Shown here piece after piece: positions 20,160 to 29,167 of a DNA stretch of 64,000 nucleotides. The DNA is from Burkholderiales bacterium (GTDB lineage: Bacteria > Pseudomonadota > Gammaproteobacteria > Burkholderiales > JACQAP01), in NCBI GenBank assembly GCA_035549715.1, contig DASZQJ010000160.1, positions 22,688 through 86,687 on the forward strand, in the 5' to 3' direction. Each line of letters opens with the position of its first letter. Within the stretch, counting starts at the first letter, position 1. The notes below the pieces were generated by a model that saw only the letters and a program-made list of their open reading frames with translations, made no database searches and was not told the origin of the DNA. A program made the translations under genes and the position numbers.

Positions 20160-20198
20160 CGGGGAAACCGGACAGAACCGCTTCCAGGAGGGAAGATC

Positions 20199-20921
20199 AT
20201 GAAACGCCAACAACAGGGCTTTACCCTGATCGAAATCGCCATCGTGCTGGTCATCATCGGCCTGCTGCTCGGTGGCGTGCTCAAGGGCCAGGAGCTGATC
20301 ACCAGCGCCCGTGTCCGCAACCTGATCTCGCAGCAGGACGGCGTCAAGGCCGCCTTCTTCGGCTTCCAGGACCGCTTCCGCGCCCTGCCGGGCGACTACG
20401 CGACCGCCTCGACCAACCTCAAGTGCGGCTCCGGCAACTGCCTGAACGGCAACGGCAACGGCCAGATCCAGTCCAACGCGACGCCGGTGAGCGGCAGCGA
20501 AGTGCACGAGGAAATCCTGGCCTGGAGCCACCTGACCGCGGCCAATTTCCTCAACGGCAGCTACAACATGACGGCCGGCGACACCGCGCAGACGGACGCC
20601 AACAGCCCGAAGAACCCGTACAGCATCTACATGCAGCTCGTGTACGACTCGAACTACGCGGACAGCACGGCGGCCACCAACAAGCACAACCTCAAGACCG
20701 GCAGCCAGGTCCCGGTGGAAATCCTGGCCGAGGTGGACCGCAAGATCGACGACGGCAACCCGCTGCAGGGCGGCTTCCGGTTCTCGCCCTTCGTCCCCAA
20801 CGGCGGCACGGCCCTGCCGGCGCCGGCGGCGACCTACTCCGCGGGGGTCTGCGCCAGCACGGCCGGCACCTGGTTCTCCACCAACAGCGAGACCAACTGC
20901 GGCGGCGCGAGTCTGTTCTAA
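20199..20921 (+). CDS. Type IV major pilin-like protein, paralog 1
   Basis: MKRQQQG/FTLIEIAIVLVIIGLLLGG class III signal with Glu5. C-terminal Cys pair (C-x16-C) ending NCGGASLF. Confidence 0.85.
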   Translation: MKRQQQGFTLIEIAIVLVIIGLLLGGVLKGQELITSARVRNLISQQDGVKAAFFGFQDRFRALPGDYATASTNLKCGSGNCLNGNGNGQIQSNATPVSGSEVHEEILAWSHLTAANFLNGSYNMTAGDTAQTDANSPKNPYSIYMQLVYDSNYADSTAATNKHNLKTGSQVPVEILAEVDRKIDDGNPLQGGFRFSPFVPNGGTALPAPAATYSAGVCASTAGTWFSTNSETNCGGASLF

Positions 20922-20946
20922 GCCGGGCGCCGGAGCAGACCAGCAG

Positions 20947-20972
20947 AAAAGCCCGCGCAAGCGGGCTTTTTT
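20947..20972 (+). terminator. Rho-independent terminator after pilin paralog 1
   Basis: AAAAGCCCGCgcaaGCGGGCTTTTTT: 6-bp GC stem, 4-nt loop, T6 run. Confidence 0.8.
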
Positions 20973-21084
20973 GTTGCCCCTCCCCCGAACACACAGGAAA
21001 AAGGCCCAAGGCGGGATTGAAGCAATTACGGCGGGAAATGGGCTATGCTCCCGCCAGTTTTCGATCTTGCCAATGCCTGTGGCC

Positions 21085-21792
21085 ATGCGCCTGAGAACAA
21101 GAACAACAAGCGGCTTCACGCTGGTCGAAATCGCCGTGGTGCTGGTGGTGATCGGCCTGCTGCTCGGCGGGCTGCTGCGGGCCACGCAGCTCACCGTCGG
21201 CGCCCGGGTGCACGACCTCGCCGCCCAGCAGGATGCCGTGCGCACCGCCTACTACGGCTTCTACGAGCGCTACCGCGCCATCCCCGGCGACTACTCCCAG
21301 GCGGTCGCCAACATCAGGGGCGCCACCCGCAACGGCAACGGCAACGGCCGCATCGAAGCCGGCGCCACCCCCAATGAAACCATCCTCGAGTGGGAGCACC
21401 TTGCCCGCGCCGGCTACGTCAACGGCAGCTACACCTACGCGGACACCGAATCCGACGCCACCAGCCTGAAGAGCAAGTACGGCGCGTACGTGAAAATCGC
21501 CTTCGACGGCATCTACGGCGCCGGCACGGACACCAACCCCAGCACCCTGCGGCACAACATCAAGACCGGCCCGAACGTGCCGGTGGAGGTGCTGGCGGAG
21601 CTGGACCGCAAGATCGACGACGGCCGCCCCAATACCGGCAGCTTCCAGTTCTCCCGCTACGAGAGCAACGGCAGCGGCGCCCCCACCGACGGCAGCCCCA
21701 CCGCGCCGTCCTGCACCAGCGCACTGGACGCCGACGCGGTCTGGAACGCCAACAACGGCAGCAGCAACTGCGGCGGCGCAAGCCTGCTGTAG
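21085..21792 (+). CDS. Type IV major pilin-like protein, paralog 2
   Basis: MRLRTRTTSG/FTLVEIAVVLVVIGLLLGG. Roughly half the positions are identical to paralog 1 by eye. C-terminal C-x19-C ending NCGGASLL. The start may be 21073. Confidence 0.85.
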   Translation: MRLRTRTTSGFTLVEIAVVLVVIGLLLGGLLRATQLTVGARVHDLAAQQDAVRTAYYGFYERYRAIPGDYSQAVANIRGATRNGNGNGRIEAGATPNETILEWEHLARAGYVNGSYTYADTESDATSLKSKYGAYVKIAFDGIYGAGTDTNPSTLRHNIKTGPNVPVEVLAELDRKIDDGRPNTGSFQFSRYESNGSGAPTDGSPTAPSCTSALDADAVWNANNGSSNCGGASLL

Positions 21793-21795
21793 CCC

Positions 21796-23769
21796 CTATC
21801 CCTGCAGGAGGAACACCTCGGCGTCCGCCAGGTCCGCCTGCTTGCCCCGCAGCACCAGGACGTCGCCCTCGGCAAGCTCGGTCTTCGGGTCGGGGGTCGA
21901 GTTGCGGATGTTGCGCCGGCGCAGCGCCGTCACCTCGACATGCAGCCGGGCGAGGTCGAGCTGCTGCAGCGTGCGCCCCGCCGCCGCCGCCCCCGGCGGC
22001 AGCACCAGCGAATGCATGCGCGGCTGGTCGCGGTCGTTGCCGTCCTCCACCTCGTCCGTCACGCCGCGGAAAAAGCCCTTGAACAGGCCGTAGCGCTGCT
22101 CGCGCGTTTCGCGGATGCGCCGCAGCACGCGGTTGAGCGGCACGCCCAGCAGCATCAGCGCGTGGGTCGCCAGCATCAGGCTGCCTTCGAGGATCTCGGC
22201 CACCACCTCCGCGGCGCCCGCCTCCTTGAGCCGGTCGATGTCGCTGTCGTCGAGGGTGCGCACGATGACCGGCATGCCGGGCCGCAGCTCCTGCACCTGC
22301 GCGAGGATCGCCAGCGCCGACTTCGTGTCCGCGTAGGAGACCACCAGCGCGTTGGCGCGCAGCAGGCCGGCCGCGATCAGCACCTCGCGGCGCGCCGCGT
22401 CGCCGAACACCACGCTTTCGCCCGCCGCGGCCGCCTCCCGCACCCGCTGCGGGTCGATGTCCAGCGCGATGAACTCGATCTTCTCCTGCTCGAGGAAGCG
22501 CGCCAGGTTCTGGCCGCTGCGGCCGAAGCCGCAGATGATCACGTGGCGGTCCGCCGCCATGGTCTGGATGGCGATGTTGTGCAGGGTCATCGCGTGGTTC
22601 ATCCATTCGGCCGCGCTGAAGCGCCGCACGATGCGCTCGCTGTGCTCGATCAGGAAGGGCGCGGCGAGCATCGACAGCACCAGCGCCGCGAGCGCCACCT
22701 GGGTGAGGCCCGCGGGCAGCAGCTCGAGGTGGGAGGCCTCGCTGACCAGCACCAGGCCGAACTCCCCGGCGCCCGCCAGGGCAAGGCCGGCGCGCAGGGC
22801 GACGGACGCCTGCGCGCCGAACAGGCGGCTCAGGCCGAAGATCAGGGCGATCTTGCCCGCGAGCAGGGCCACGAGCAGCAGCCCCACCCATTGCCAGTCG
22901 TGGATCACGACGCTGACGTCCAGGTAGGTGCCGACGGTGATGAAGAACAGGCCCAGCAGCACGTCGCGAAACGGCTTGATGTCCTCCTCCACCTGGTAGC
23001 GGAACTGGGTCTCGGAGATGAGCATGCCGGCGAGGAAGGCGCCCAGCGCGTAGGACAGGCCGGCGATGCCCGTGAGCCAGGCAAGCCCCAGCGTGATCAT
23101 CAGCACGTTGATGACGAACAGCTCGGAGGACTTCTGGCGCGCCACCAGCGTGAACCAGCGCCGCATCACCTTCTGCCCCACCGTCAGGATGAGCAGCAGC
23201 AGCACGCCCGCGCGCAGCAGGGCAAGGAGCAGCTCCTGCGCCACCGAGTCGTCGGCCTGCGCGAAGGCGGGGTAGAGGATCAGGAAGGGCACCACCGCGA
23301 GGTCCTGGAACAGCAGGATGCCGATGATCTGGCGCCCGTGGGCGGAATTGATCTCCAGGCGCTCGGCCAGCATCTTGGCGAGGATCGCGGTGGAGGACAT
23401 GGCCAGGATGCCGCCCAGCACGACCCCGGTGCGCCAGCCGTGGCCGAAGGCCGACGCCGCGGCGATGCAGACCAGCACCGTCGCCAGCACTTGCGCCGCC
23501 CCCAGGCCGAACACCACGCGCCGCATGGTGATCAGCTTGGGCAGGCTGAACTCGAGCCCGATGGTGAACATCAGGAACACGACGCCGAACTCGGCAAGGC
23601 GGCGGATGTCCTCGTTCGCGGGCACCAGTCCGATCGCGTGCGGCCCGATGGCGATGCCGAGCAGCAGGTAGCCCAGCAGCGCGGGCAGCTTGAGCGAGCG
23701 GAACACGACCACCACCAGGACAGCGGCGGCGAGCAGCAGCAGGATGAATTCGAGGATTCCGAAGCTCAT
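21796..23769 (-). CDS. CPA2 monovalent cation:proton antiporter (KefB/KefC/YbaL-like) with TrkA-N and TrkA-C domains
   Basis: ORF 21796..23805(-). MSFGILEFILLLLAAAVLVVVVFRSLKLPALLGYLLLGIAIGPH. Rossmann IICGFGRSGQ. C-terminal RCK-C-like region. ATG 23769 preferred over GTG 23805. Confidence 0.85.
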   Translation of the reverse strand: MSFGILEFILLLLAAAVLVVVVFRSLKLPALLGYLLLGIAIGPHAIGLVPANEDIRRLAEFGVVFLMFTIGLEFSLPKLITMRRVVFGLGAAQVLATVLVCIAAASAFGHGWRTGVVLGGILAMSSTAILAKMLAERLEINSAHGRQIIGILLFQDLAVVPFLILYPAFAQADDSVAQELLLALLRAGVLLLLILTVGQKVMRRWFTLVARQKSSELFVINVLMITLGLAWLTGIAGLSYALGAFLAGMLISETQFRYQVEEDIKPFRDVLLGLFFITVGTYLDVSVVIHDWQWVGLLLVALLAGKIALIFGLSRLFGAQASVALRAGLALAGAGEFGLVLVSEASHLELLPAGLTQVALAALVLSMLAAPFLIEHSERIVRRFSAAEWMNHAMTLHNIAIQTMAADRHVIICGFGRSGQNLARFLEQEKIEFIALDIDPQRVREAAAAGESVVFGDAARREVLIAAGLLRANALVVSYADTKSALAILAQVQELRPGMPVIVRTLDDSDIDRLKEAGAAEVVAEILEGSLMLATHALMLLGVPLNRVLRRIRETREQRYGLFKGFFRGVTDEVEDGNDRDQPRMHSLVLPPGAAAAGRTLQQLDLARLHVEVTALRRRNIRNSTPDPKTELAEGDVLVLRGKQADLADAEVFLLQG

Positions 23770-23832
23770 GGGGCCGGGAACAATCGGGGGCAGGGCCGAG
23801 TCCACTGTAGCACGCCGCCCGGCAGGGGCCGG

Positions 23833-23950
23833 GGACGGAGGACGGAGGACGAAAGACGGCGTGCTGCGTACTGAGTGCTGCGTGCTGCGTGGGCGCAGGT
23901 GCGTCGGGGCCTGGGGTCCTTACTCAGCACTCAGCACGCAGCACGCAGTA
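23833..23950. repeat. Inverted arrays of degenerate heptamer tandem repeats (long hairpin potential), locus A
   Basis: GGACGGA GGACGGA GGACGAA AGACGGC then GTGCTGC GTACTGA GTGCTGC GTGCTGC GTG (23833-23891). Partner tactcagcactcagcacgcagcacgcagta (23921-23950). 23869-23891 pairs with 23928-23950 at 21 of 23 positions. 36-nt loop. Confidence 0.85.
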
Positions 23951-24043
23951 CCCAGCATGCTTTCCCCGGCACGCCTTTCCCGGTTCCCGGTACGCCGCAC
24001 GGCGTCCTGAACCCCTGCCCTTGTGGCGGTATACTCGTCCGAC

Positions 24044-25051
24044 ATGACCGCGACGAACAGGAACGCCGCCCCGCAGGCCCTCGAGCCCGCGCAGCTCATC
24101 GAGTCCGCCCGGCGCGTGCTCGACATCGAGGCCAGCGCCGTGGCGCAGTTGCGCGAGCGCATCGACGGCAACTTCGTGCGCGCCGTGCAGATCATCCTCG
24201 CCTGCGAGGGGCGCGTGGTCGTGAGCGGCATGGGAAAATCCGGCCACGTCGCGCGCAAGATCGCCGCGACCATGGCAAGCACGGGCACGCCGGCGTTCTT
24301 CGTGCACCCTGGGGAAGCGAGCCACGGCGACCTGGGCATGATCGCCGCCGGCGACGTGGTGATCGCGCTGTCCAATTCGGGCGAAAGCGAGGAACTGCTC
24401 GTCATCGTGCCGCTCATCAAGCGCCAGGGCGCGCGCCTGATCGCCATCACCGGCAATCCCCGGTCGCGCCTCGCGAGCCTCGCCGACGCGCACCTCGATG
24501 CCGCCGTCGCCCAGGAGGCCTGCTCGCTGGGGCTGGCCCCGACCGCCAGCACCACCGCGGCCCTCGCCCTGGGCGACGCGCTCGCGGTGACGCTGCTGGA
24601 GGCGCGCGGCTTCGGGCCCGAGGACTTCGCGCGCTCGCACCCGGGCGGCAGCCTGGGCCGGCGCCTGCTCACCCACGTCGAGGACGTGATGCGCACCGGC
24701 GAGGCCGTGCCGCGGGTGCCGGAGGGCGCCACCTTCGCCGAGGCCCTGCTGGAGATCTCGCGCAAGGGCATGGGCATGACGGCCGTGCTCGACGCCGGCG
24801 GCCGCGTGGCGGGCATCTTCACCGATGGCGACCTGCGCCGCCTGCTGGAGAAGCAGGCAGACCTGCGCCAGCTCGCGATCCGCGACGTCATGCACCGCAA
24901 TCCGCGCTCCGTGGCCCCGAAGCAGCTCGCCGCCGAGGCCGCCAGCCTCATGGAGCAGCACCGCATCAGCCAGCTCCTGGTGGTGGACGGCGACGGACGC
25001 CTGGTGGGCGCCCTCAACACCCACGACCTCATGCAGGCGAAGGTCATCTGA
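24044..25051 (+). CDS. kdsD: Arabinose-5-phosphate isomerase (SIS + tandem CBS), KdsD/KpsF family
   Basis: ORF 24023..25051. SIS motif VVVSGMGKSGHVARKIAATMASTGTPAFFVHPGEASHGDLG, CBS pair at the C-terminus. Followed by kdsC-lptCAB. Confidence 0.9.
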   Translation: MTATNRNAAPQALEPAQLIESARRVLDIEASAVAQLRERIDGNFVRAVQIILACEGRVVVSGMGKSGHVARKIAATMASTGTPAFFVHPGEASHGDLGMIAAGDVVIALSNSGESEELLVIVPLIKRQGARLIAITGNPRSRLASLADAHLDAAVAQEACSLGLAPTASTTAALALGDALAVTLLEARGFGPEDFARSHPGGSLGRRLLTHVEDVMRTGEAVPRVPEGATFAEALLEISRKGMGMTAVLDAGGRVAGIFTDGDLRRLLEKQADLRQLAIRDVMHRNPRSVAPKQLAAEAASLMEQHRISQLLVVDGDGRLVGALNTHDLMQAKVI

Positions 25052-25590
25052 TGGCCGCGCGCCGGGGCGGGCGCCTGGCCGAACGTGCGCGCCGCGTGCG
25101 CCTCGCGGTCTTCGACGTGGACGGCGTGCTCACCGACGGCACGGTGTACCTGTCCGCCACGGGCGAGGAAACCAAGGCCTTCAACATCCAGGACGGCCTG
25201 GGCCTGAAGATGCTCGCTGCCAGCGGCGTGCACACCGCCATCATCTCGGGCCGCAAGTCGCCCATCGTGCGCCTGCGCGCGCGCGAGACCGGCATCGCCC
25301 ACGTCTACCAGGGCATCGGCGACAAGCTCGACGCCTGGCGCAAGCTGCTCGGCAAGCTCGGGCTGACCGCGGCCGAATCCTCGTTCATGGGTGATGACCT
25401 GCCCGACCTGCCCGTGCTCACCCGCTGCGGCGTCGCCTTCAGCGTCCCCGGCGCGCCGGACATCGTGCGCGGGCACGCCCACTACGTGACGCGCGCCGCG
25501 GGCGGCCGCGGCGCCGTGCGCGAAGCCTGCGAGCTGCTCATGCGGGCCCAGGGCAGCCTCGACCGGCAACTGAAGGGCTTCCTGCGGTGA
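25051..25590 (+). CDS. kdsC: 3-deoxy-D-manno-octulosonate 8-phosphate phosphatase
   Basis: Tail of ORF 23875..25590 from ATG 25051. HAD motif VFDVDGVLTDG, GDDLPDLPV. Canonical position between kdsD and lptC. Confidence 0.9.
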   Translation: MAARRGGRLAERARRVRLAVFDVDGVLTDGTVYLSATGEETKAFNIQDGLGLKMLAASGVHTAIISGRKSPIVRLRARETGIAHVYQGIGDKLDAWRKLLGKLGLTAAESSFMGDDLPDLPVLTRCGVAFSVPGAPDIVRGHAHYVTRAAGGRGAVREACELLMRAQGSLDRQLKGFLR

Positions 25591-26198
25591 CCGAACGGCT
25601 GATCCGCTGGTCCCCGTTCATCCTGCTGGCGCTGCTCGCGGTGCTGACCTTCTGGCTCGATCGCAAGGTGCAGTTCCCGGCGCGCGGCGCGGATGGCAGC
25701 AGCCGCCACGACCCCGACTTCATCATCGAGGGCTTCTCCGCGGTGCAGATGAACCCCGACGGCACGCGCCGCTACGCGCTTTCGGCCAGCCGCATGGTGC
25801 ACTACCCCGACGACGACAGCACCGACCTCGAATCCCCGAACCTGATCTACTACGATTACGTGCGCGCGCCGGTCACCGTGAAGTCGGAGACGGCCAAGGC
25901 CACGCAGGGCGGGGACGACGTCTACTTCCACGGCAACGTCCAGGTGGTGCGCTCGGCCTACGAGAACAATCCCGAGCTGGGGCTGTTCACGACCTACCTG
26001 CACGTGGTGCCGGACAAGGATTTCGCCCAGACGGACAAGCCGGTGCGCATCGTGGAGGGAAAATCCACGGCCACGTCCGTTGGCTTAGAATTCGACAACC
26101 GGACGCGGCAGATCCGGCTGCTCTCCGAGGTCAAGGCCAACTATGCGTTCCCTCCGAAACGGGTTCCCCAAAAACCGTCCCGCCCGGCGCGTCCCTGA
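25587..26198 (+). CDS. lptC: LPS export system protein LptC
   Basis: 203 aa. N-terminal TM WSPFILLALLAVLTFWL. Position kdsC-lptC-lptA-lptB. GTG start overlapping the kdsC stop. Confidence 0.8.
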   Translation: MTERLIRWSPFILLALLAVLTFWLDRKVQFPARGADGSSRHDPDFIIEGFSAVQMNPDGTRRYALSASRMVHYPDDDSTDLESPNLIYYDYVRAPVTVKSETAKATQGGDDVYFHGNVQVVRSAYENNPELGLFTTYLHVVPDKDFAQTDKPVRIVEGKSTATSVGLEFDNRTRQIRLLSEVKANYAFPPKRVPQKPSRPARP

Positions 26199-26775
26199 GC
26201 TCGCGGCGGCCCTGCTCGCCGCCTGCCTGTGCGCGGCCCCGCCGGCCTTCGCCGAGAAGGCCGACCGGGAAAAGCCCGTCAACCTGGAGGCCGACCGCGT
26301 CGACCTCGACGACGCCAAGAAGGAAGCGACCTTCGAGGGCAACGTCACGTTGACCCAGGGCACCCTCATGATCAAGGCCGACAAGGTGATCGTGAAGCAG
26401 GACGCCGAGGGCTTCCAGTACGGCATCGCCTTCGGCAAGCCGGCCTACTTCCGCCAGAAGCGCGAGGGCTTCGAGGAGTACATCGAAGGCTGGTCGGAGC
26501 GCCTGGAGTACGACGGCAAGGCCGACAAGATGCAGATGTTCACCAACGCGCGCATCCAGCGCGGCGGCGACGAGGTGCGCGGCGATTACATTTCGTACAA
26601 CGCGGTGACCGAATTCTTCCAGGTGATCGGCGGCGGCAGGACGGTCGCGACGCCGGGCAACCCGCAGGGCCGGGTGCGCGCGGTGATCCAGCCCAAGCCC
26701 AAGGCCGGCGCCGAGGGCACGGGCAAGCCGCCCCTGGAGCTGCAATCCTCCCCGAGCACCACGCCCGCCAACTGA
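26143..26775 (+). CDS. lptA: LPS transport periplasmic protein LptA
   Basis: Signal peptide ending [20 protein letters not shown]. OstA-like N-terminal motif ([23 protein letters not shown]). Confidence 0.85.
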   Translation: MRSLRNGFPKNRPARRVPELAAALLAACLCAAPPAFAEKADREKPVNLEADRVDLDDAKKEATFEGNVTLTQGTLMIKADKVIVKQDAEGFQYGIAFGKPAYFRQKREGFEEYIEGWSERLEYDGKADKMQMFTNARIQRGGDEVRGDYISYNAVTEFFQVIGGGRTVATPGNPQGRVRAVIQPKPKAGAEGTGKPPLELQSSPSTTPAN

Positions 26776-26809
26776 TGCGGTCCTCCCCCCGGCCACCGGC
26801 GTCCCGCGC

Positions 26810-27532
26810 ATGAGCCAGTTGCGGGCCGAGAACCTCAAGAAGCGGTACCGGGCGCGCACCGTCGTCAAGGACGTCTCGCTCGAGGTGTCGAGCGGCGAGG
26901 TGGTGGGCCTGCTGGGGCCGAACGGGGCCGGCAAGACGACCTGCTTCTACATGATGGTCGGGCTGGTCGGCCTCGACGGGGGCGAGCTCTACCTGGACGA
27001 CCAGTCCCTCACCCACACCCCGATCCACCGGCGCGCCCGCATGGGGCTTTCCTACCTGCCCCAGGAGGCCTCGATCTTCCGCAAGCTCACGGTCGCGGAG
27101 AACATCCGGGCGGTGCTGGAGCTGCGGGTGCTGTCCGAAGCCGAGAGGCGCAGCCAGCTCGACACCCTGCTGCAGGACCTGCACATCGCCCACCTGCGCA
27201 ACAGTCCGGCCATCAGCCTGTCGGGGGGGGAGCGGCGGCGGGTCGAGATCGCCCGGGCGCTGGCCACCCATCCCCGGTTCATCCTGCTGGACGAGCCCTT
27301 CGCCGGTGTGGACCCGATCGCGGTCCTGGACATCCAGAAGATCATCCGTTTCCTCAAGGACCGCGACATCGGCGTGCTCATCACGGACCACAACGTGCGC
27401 GAGACGCTGGGCATCTGCGACCGCGCCTACATCATCAACGACGGCTCCGTGCTGGCCTGCGGCAAACCGGAGGAAATCGTTTATAATGAAAGCGTAAGAA
27501 GAGTCTACCTGGGCGAGCACTTCAAGTTGTAA
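26810..27532 (+). CDS. lptB: LPS export ABC transporter ATP-binding protein LptB
   Basis: Walker [27 protein letters not shown], Walker [13 protein letters not shown]. Confidence 0.95.
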   Translation: MSQLRAENLKKRYRARTVVKDVSLEVSSGEVVGLLGPNGAGKTTCFYMMVGLVGLDGGELYLDDQSLTHTPIHRRARMGLSYLPQEASIFRKLTVAENIRAVLELRVLSEAERRSQLDTLLQDLHIAHLRNSPAISLSGGERRRVEIARALATHPRFILLDEPFAGVDPIAVLDIQKIIRFLKDRDIGVLITDHNVRETLGICDRAYIINDGSVLACGKPEEIVYNESVRRVYLGEHFKL

Positions 27533-27693
27533 GTCCCGGCAGCCGCCGATCCCCAAACACGCCCGAAGCCGGGCACCCGGAATGCCAAACGCCGTCATGA
27601 CGCCAGCCTTGCCGCCCTGCCTCCGCGCCCGCCGCGGACCGCCCCGCGCATGGCGCATCGCAACATCGACCGCGCGCCGCTGACCGACCGCCC

Positions 27694-29145
27694 ATGAAGC
27701 ATTCGCTGCAGCTCAAGCTTTCCCAGCACCTCACGCTGACGCCCCAGTTGCAGCAGTCCATCCGGCTGCTGCAGCTCTCGACGCTGGAGCTGAACCAGGA
27801 AATCGAGACCTTCCTGCAGGAAAACCCGCTGCTCGAGCGCGACGAGGAAGAGGAAGCGGCCTCGGCCCCCCCGCCCGACGTCATCCCCACGACGACGGTC
27901 ACGACCAGCACTTCGGCCGAAACCCCCGCCGCCGCCAACGAGACCGGCGACAGCGGCGACGAGCGCGGCCCGGCGGAAGCGGACTGGACGCTGGACGACG
28001 GCTACGGCTCCTACAGCGGGCAGGAGGGCGAGGACGATTCCGACGCGCCGCTGGCCGCCGAGCAGACCAAGCTGCGCGACCACCTGCTCGGGCAGATCAG
28101 CCTCATGCAGATGCCCGATCGCGACAAGGCGATCGTGGCCTTCCTGATCGACAACCTCGACGATGACGGCTTCATGACCCAGGACCTGGCCGAGCTCGCC
28201 GCACTGCTGCCCGCGGAGCTGGAAATCGAGCCCGACGAGCTGTCGATCGCCCTCAAGTACGTGCAAAGCCTCGACCCGCCCGGGGTGGGCGCGCGCAACC
28301 TGGGCGAATGCCTGGCGCTGCAGCTCGAGGTCCTGCCCGAGGACACGCCCTTTCGCAAGGAGGCGCTGCAGGTCGTCACCCAGCACCTGGACGCCTTCGC
28401 CTCGCGCGACTACTTCAAGCTCAAGAAGCTCCTGCGCTGCGACGACGACATGCTCAGGGGCCTGCAAAGCCTGATCACCCACCTGAACCCGCGCCCGGTG
28501 GCCAACTATTCCGGCGCGGAGACGCGCTACATCGTCCCGGACGTGGTGGTGCGCAAGGTCAAGGGCATGTGGGTGGCCTCGCTCAACCCGGAAGCGATGC
28601 CCAAGCTGCGCATCAACCGCCTGTACGCCGACATCCTGCACCGCAACCGCGACTCGAGCTTCCAGCAGCTCGCCGGGCAGCTGCAGGAGGCGAAGTGGCT
28701 GATCAAGAACGTGCAGCAGCGCTTCGACACCATCCTGCGCGTGTCGCAGGCGATCGTGGACCGCCAGCGCCACTTCTTCGAGCACGGCGAGGTGGCGATG
28801 CGCCCGCTGGTACTGCGCGAGATCGCGGACACGCTCGGGCTCCATGAGTCGACCGTCTCGCGGGTGACCACGCAGAAATTCATGCTTACCGCGCGCGGCA
28901 TTTTCGAGCTGAAGTACTTCTTCGGCAGCCACGTGACGACCGAAACCGGCGGCGCCTGCTCGGCCACCGCCATCCGCGCCCTGATCAAGCAGCTGGTGGG
29001 CGAGGAAGACCGCAAGAAACCCCTCTCCGACAGCCAGATCTCGGAAATTCTCGGCAGGCAGGGCATCATGGTGGCGCGCCGCACCATCGCGAAGTACCGG
29101 GAATCGCTGCAGATCCTGCCTGTCAATCTCCGCAAGTCGATTTGA
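27694..29145 (+). CDS. rpoN: RNA polymerase sigma-54 factor
   Basis: MKHSLQLKLSQHLTLTPQLQQSIRLLQLSTLEL region I, acidic region II, RpoN box ARRTIAKYRE near the C-terminus. Confidence 0.97.
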   Translation: MKHSLQLKLSQHLTLTPQLQQSIRLLQLSTLELNQEIETFLQENPLLERDEEEEAASAPPPDVIPTTTVTTSTSAETPAAANETGDSGDERGPAEADWTLDDGYGSYSGQEGEDDSDAPLAAEQTKLRDHLLGQISLMQMPDRDKAIVAFLIDNLDDDGFMTQDLAELAALLPAELEIEPDELSIALKYVQSLDPPGVGARNLGECLALQLEVLPEDTPFRKEALQVVTQHLDAFASRDYFKLKKLLRCDDDMLRGLQSLITHLNPRPVANYSGAETRYIVPDVVVRKVKGMWVASLNPEAMPKLRINRLYADILHRNRDSSFQQLAGQLQEAKWLIKNVQQRFDTILRVSQAIVDRQRHFFEHGEVAMRPLVLREIADTLGLHESTVSRVTTQKFMLTARGIFELKYFFGSHVTTETGGACSATAIRALIKQLVGEEDRKKPLSDSQISEILGRQGIMVARRTIAKYRESLQILPVNLRKSI

Positions 29146-29167
29146 TCCAGCCGAAGGAGGCATCGCG

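Noticed and set aside
21020-21084. Sigma-54 promoter for pilin paralog 2 (GGGCTATGCTCCCGC).
   Set aside because: Only the GG and GC dinucleotides fit, and the flanking consensus positions are mostly mismatched. It is not distinguishable from background in GC-rich DNA.
23833-23950. Whether the short tandem repeat loci (23833, 33487, 45687, 51097, 52989) are CRISPR arrays or minisatellite-coded peptides.
   Set aside because: The units are only 7-9 nt and directly abutting, with no spacers, and no cas genes are present. All lie outside convincing CDSs, except that the right arm and part of the loop of locus B are read by the mutY tail. They are reported instead as structured intergenic repeats.
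24030-24035. Near-consensus -10 hexamer TATACT 9 nt upstream of the kdsD ATG, suggesting a leaderless kdsD mRNA.
   Set aside because: There is no convincing -35 or extended -10 element at proper spacing. An in-frame GTG at 24023 is an alternative start. This is too speculative without 5'-end data.
23875-25590. 571-aa plus-strand ORF spanning kdsD and kdsC.
   Set aside because: Only the last 180 codons (from ATG 25051) give a HAD phosphatase (KdsC). The upstream 390 codons are an R/G/P-rich out-of-frame read-through of kdsD.
27223-27230. G8 homopolymer inside lptB, considered as a possible slipped-strand phase-variation tract.
   Set aside because: It simply encodes the invariant ABC signature LSGGE (ctg tcg ggg ggg gag) with GC-rich codons in an essential gene. 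There is no reason to expect phase variation.
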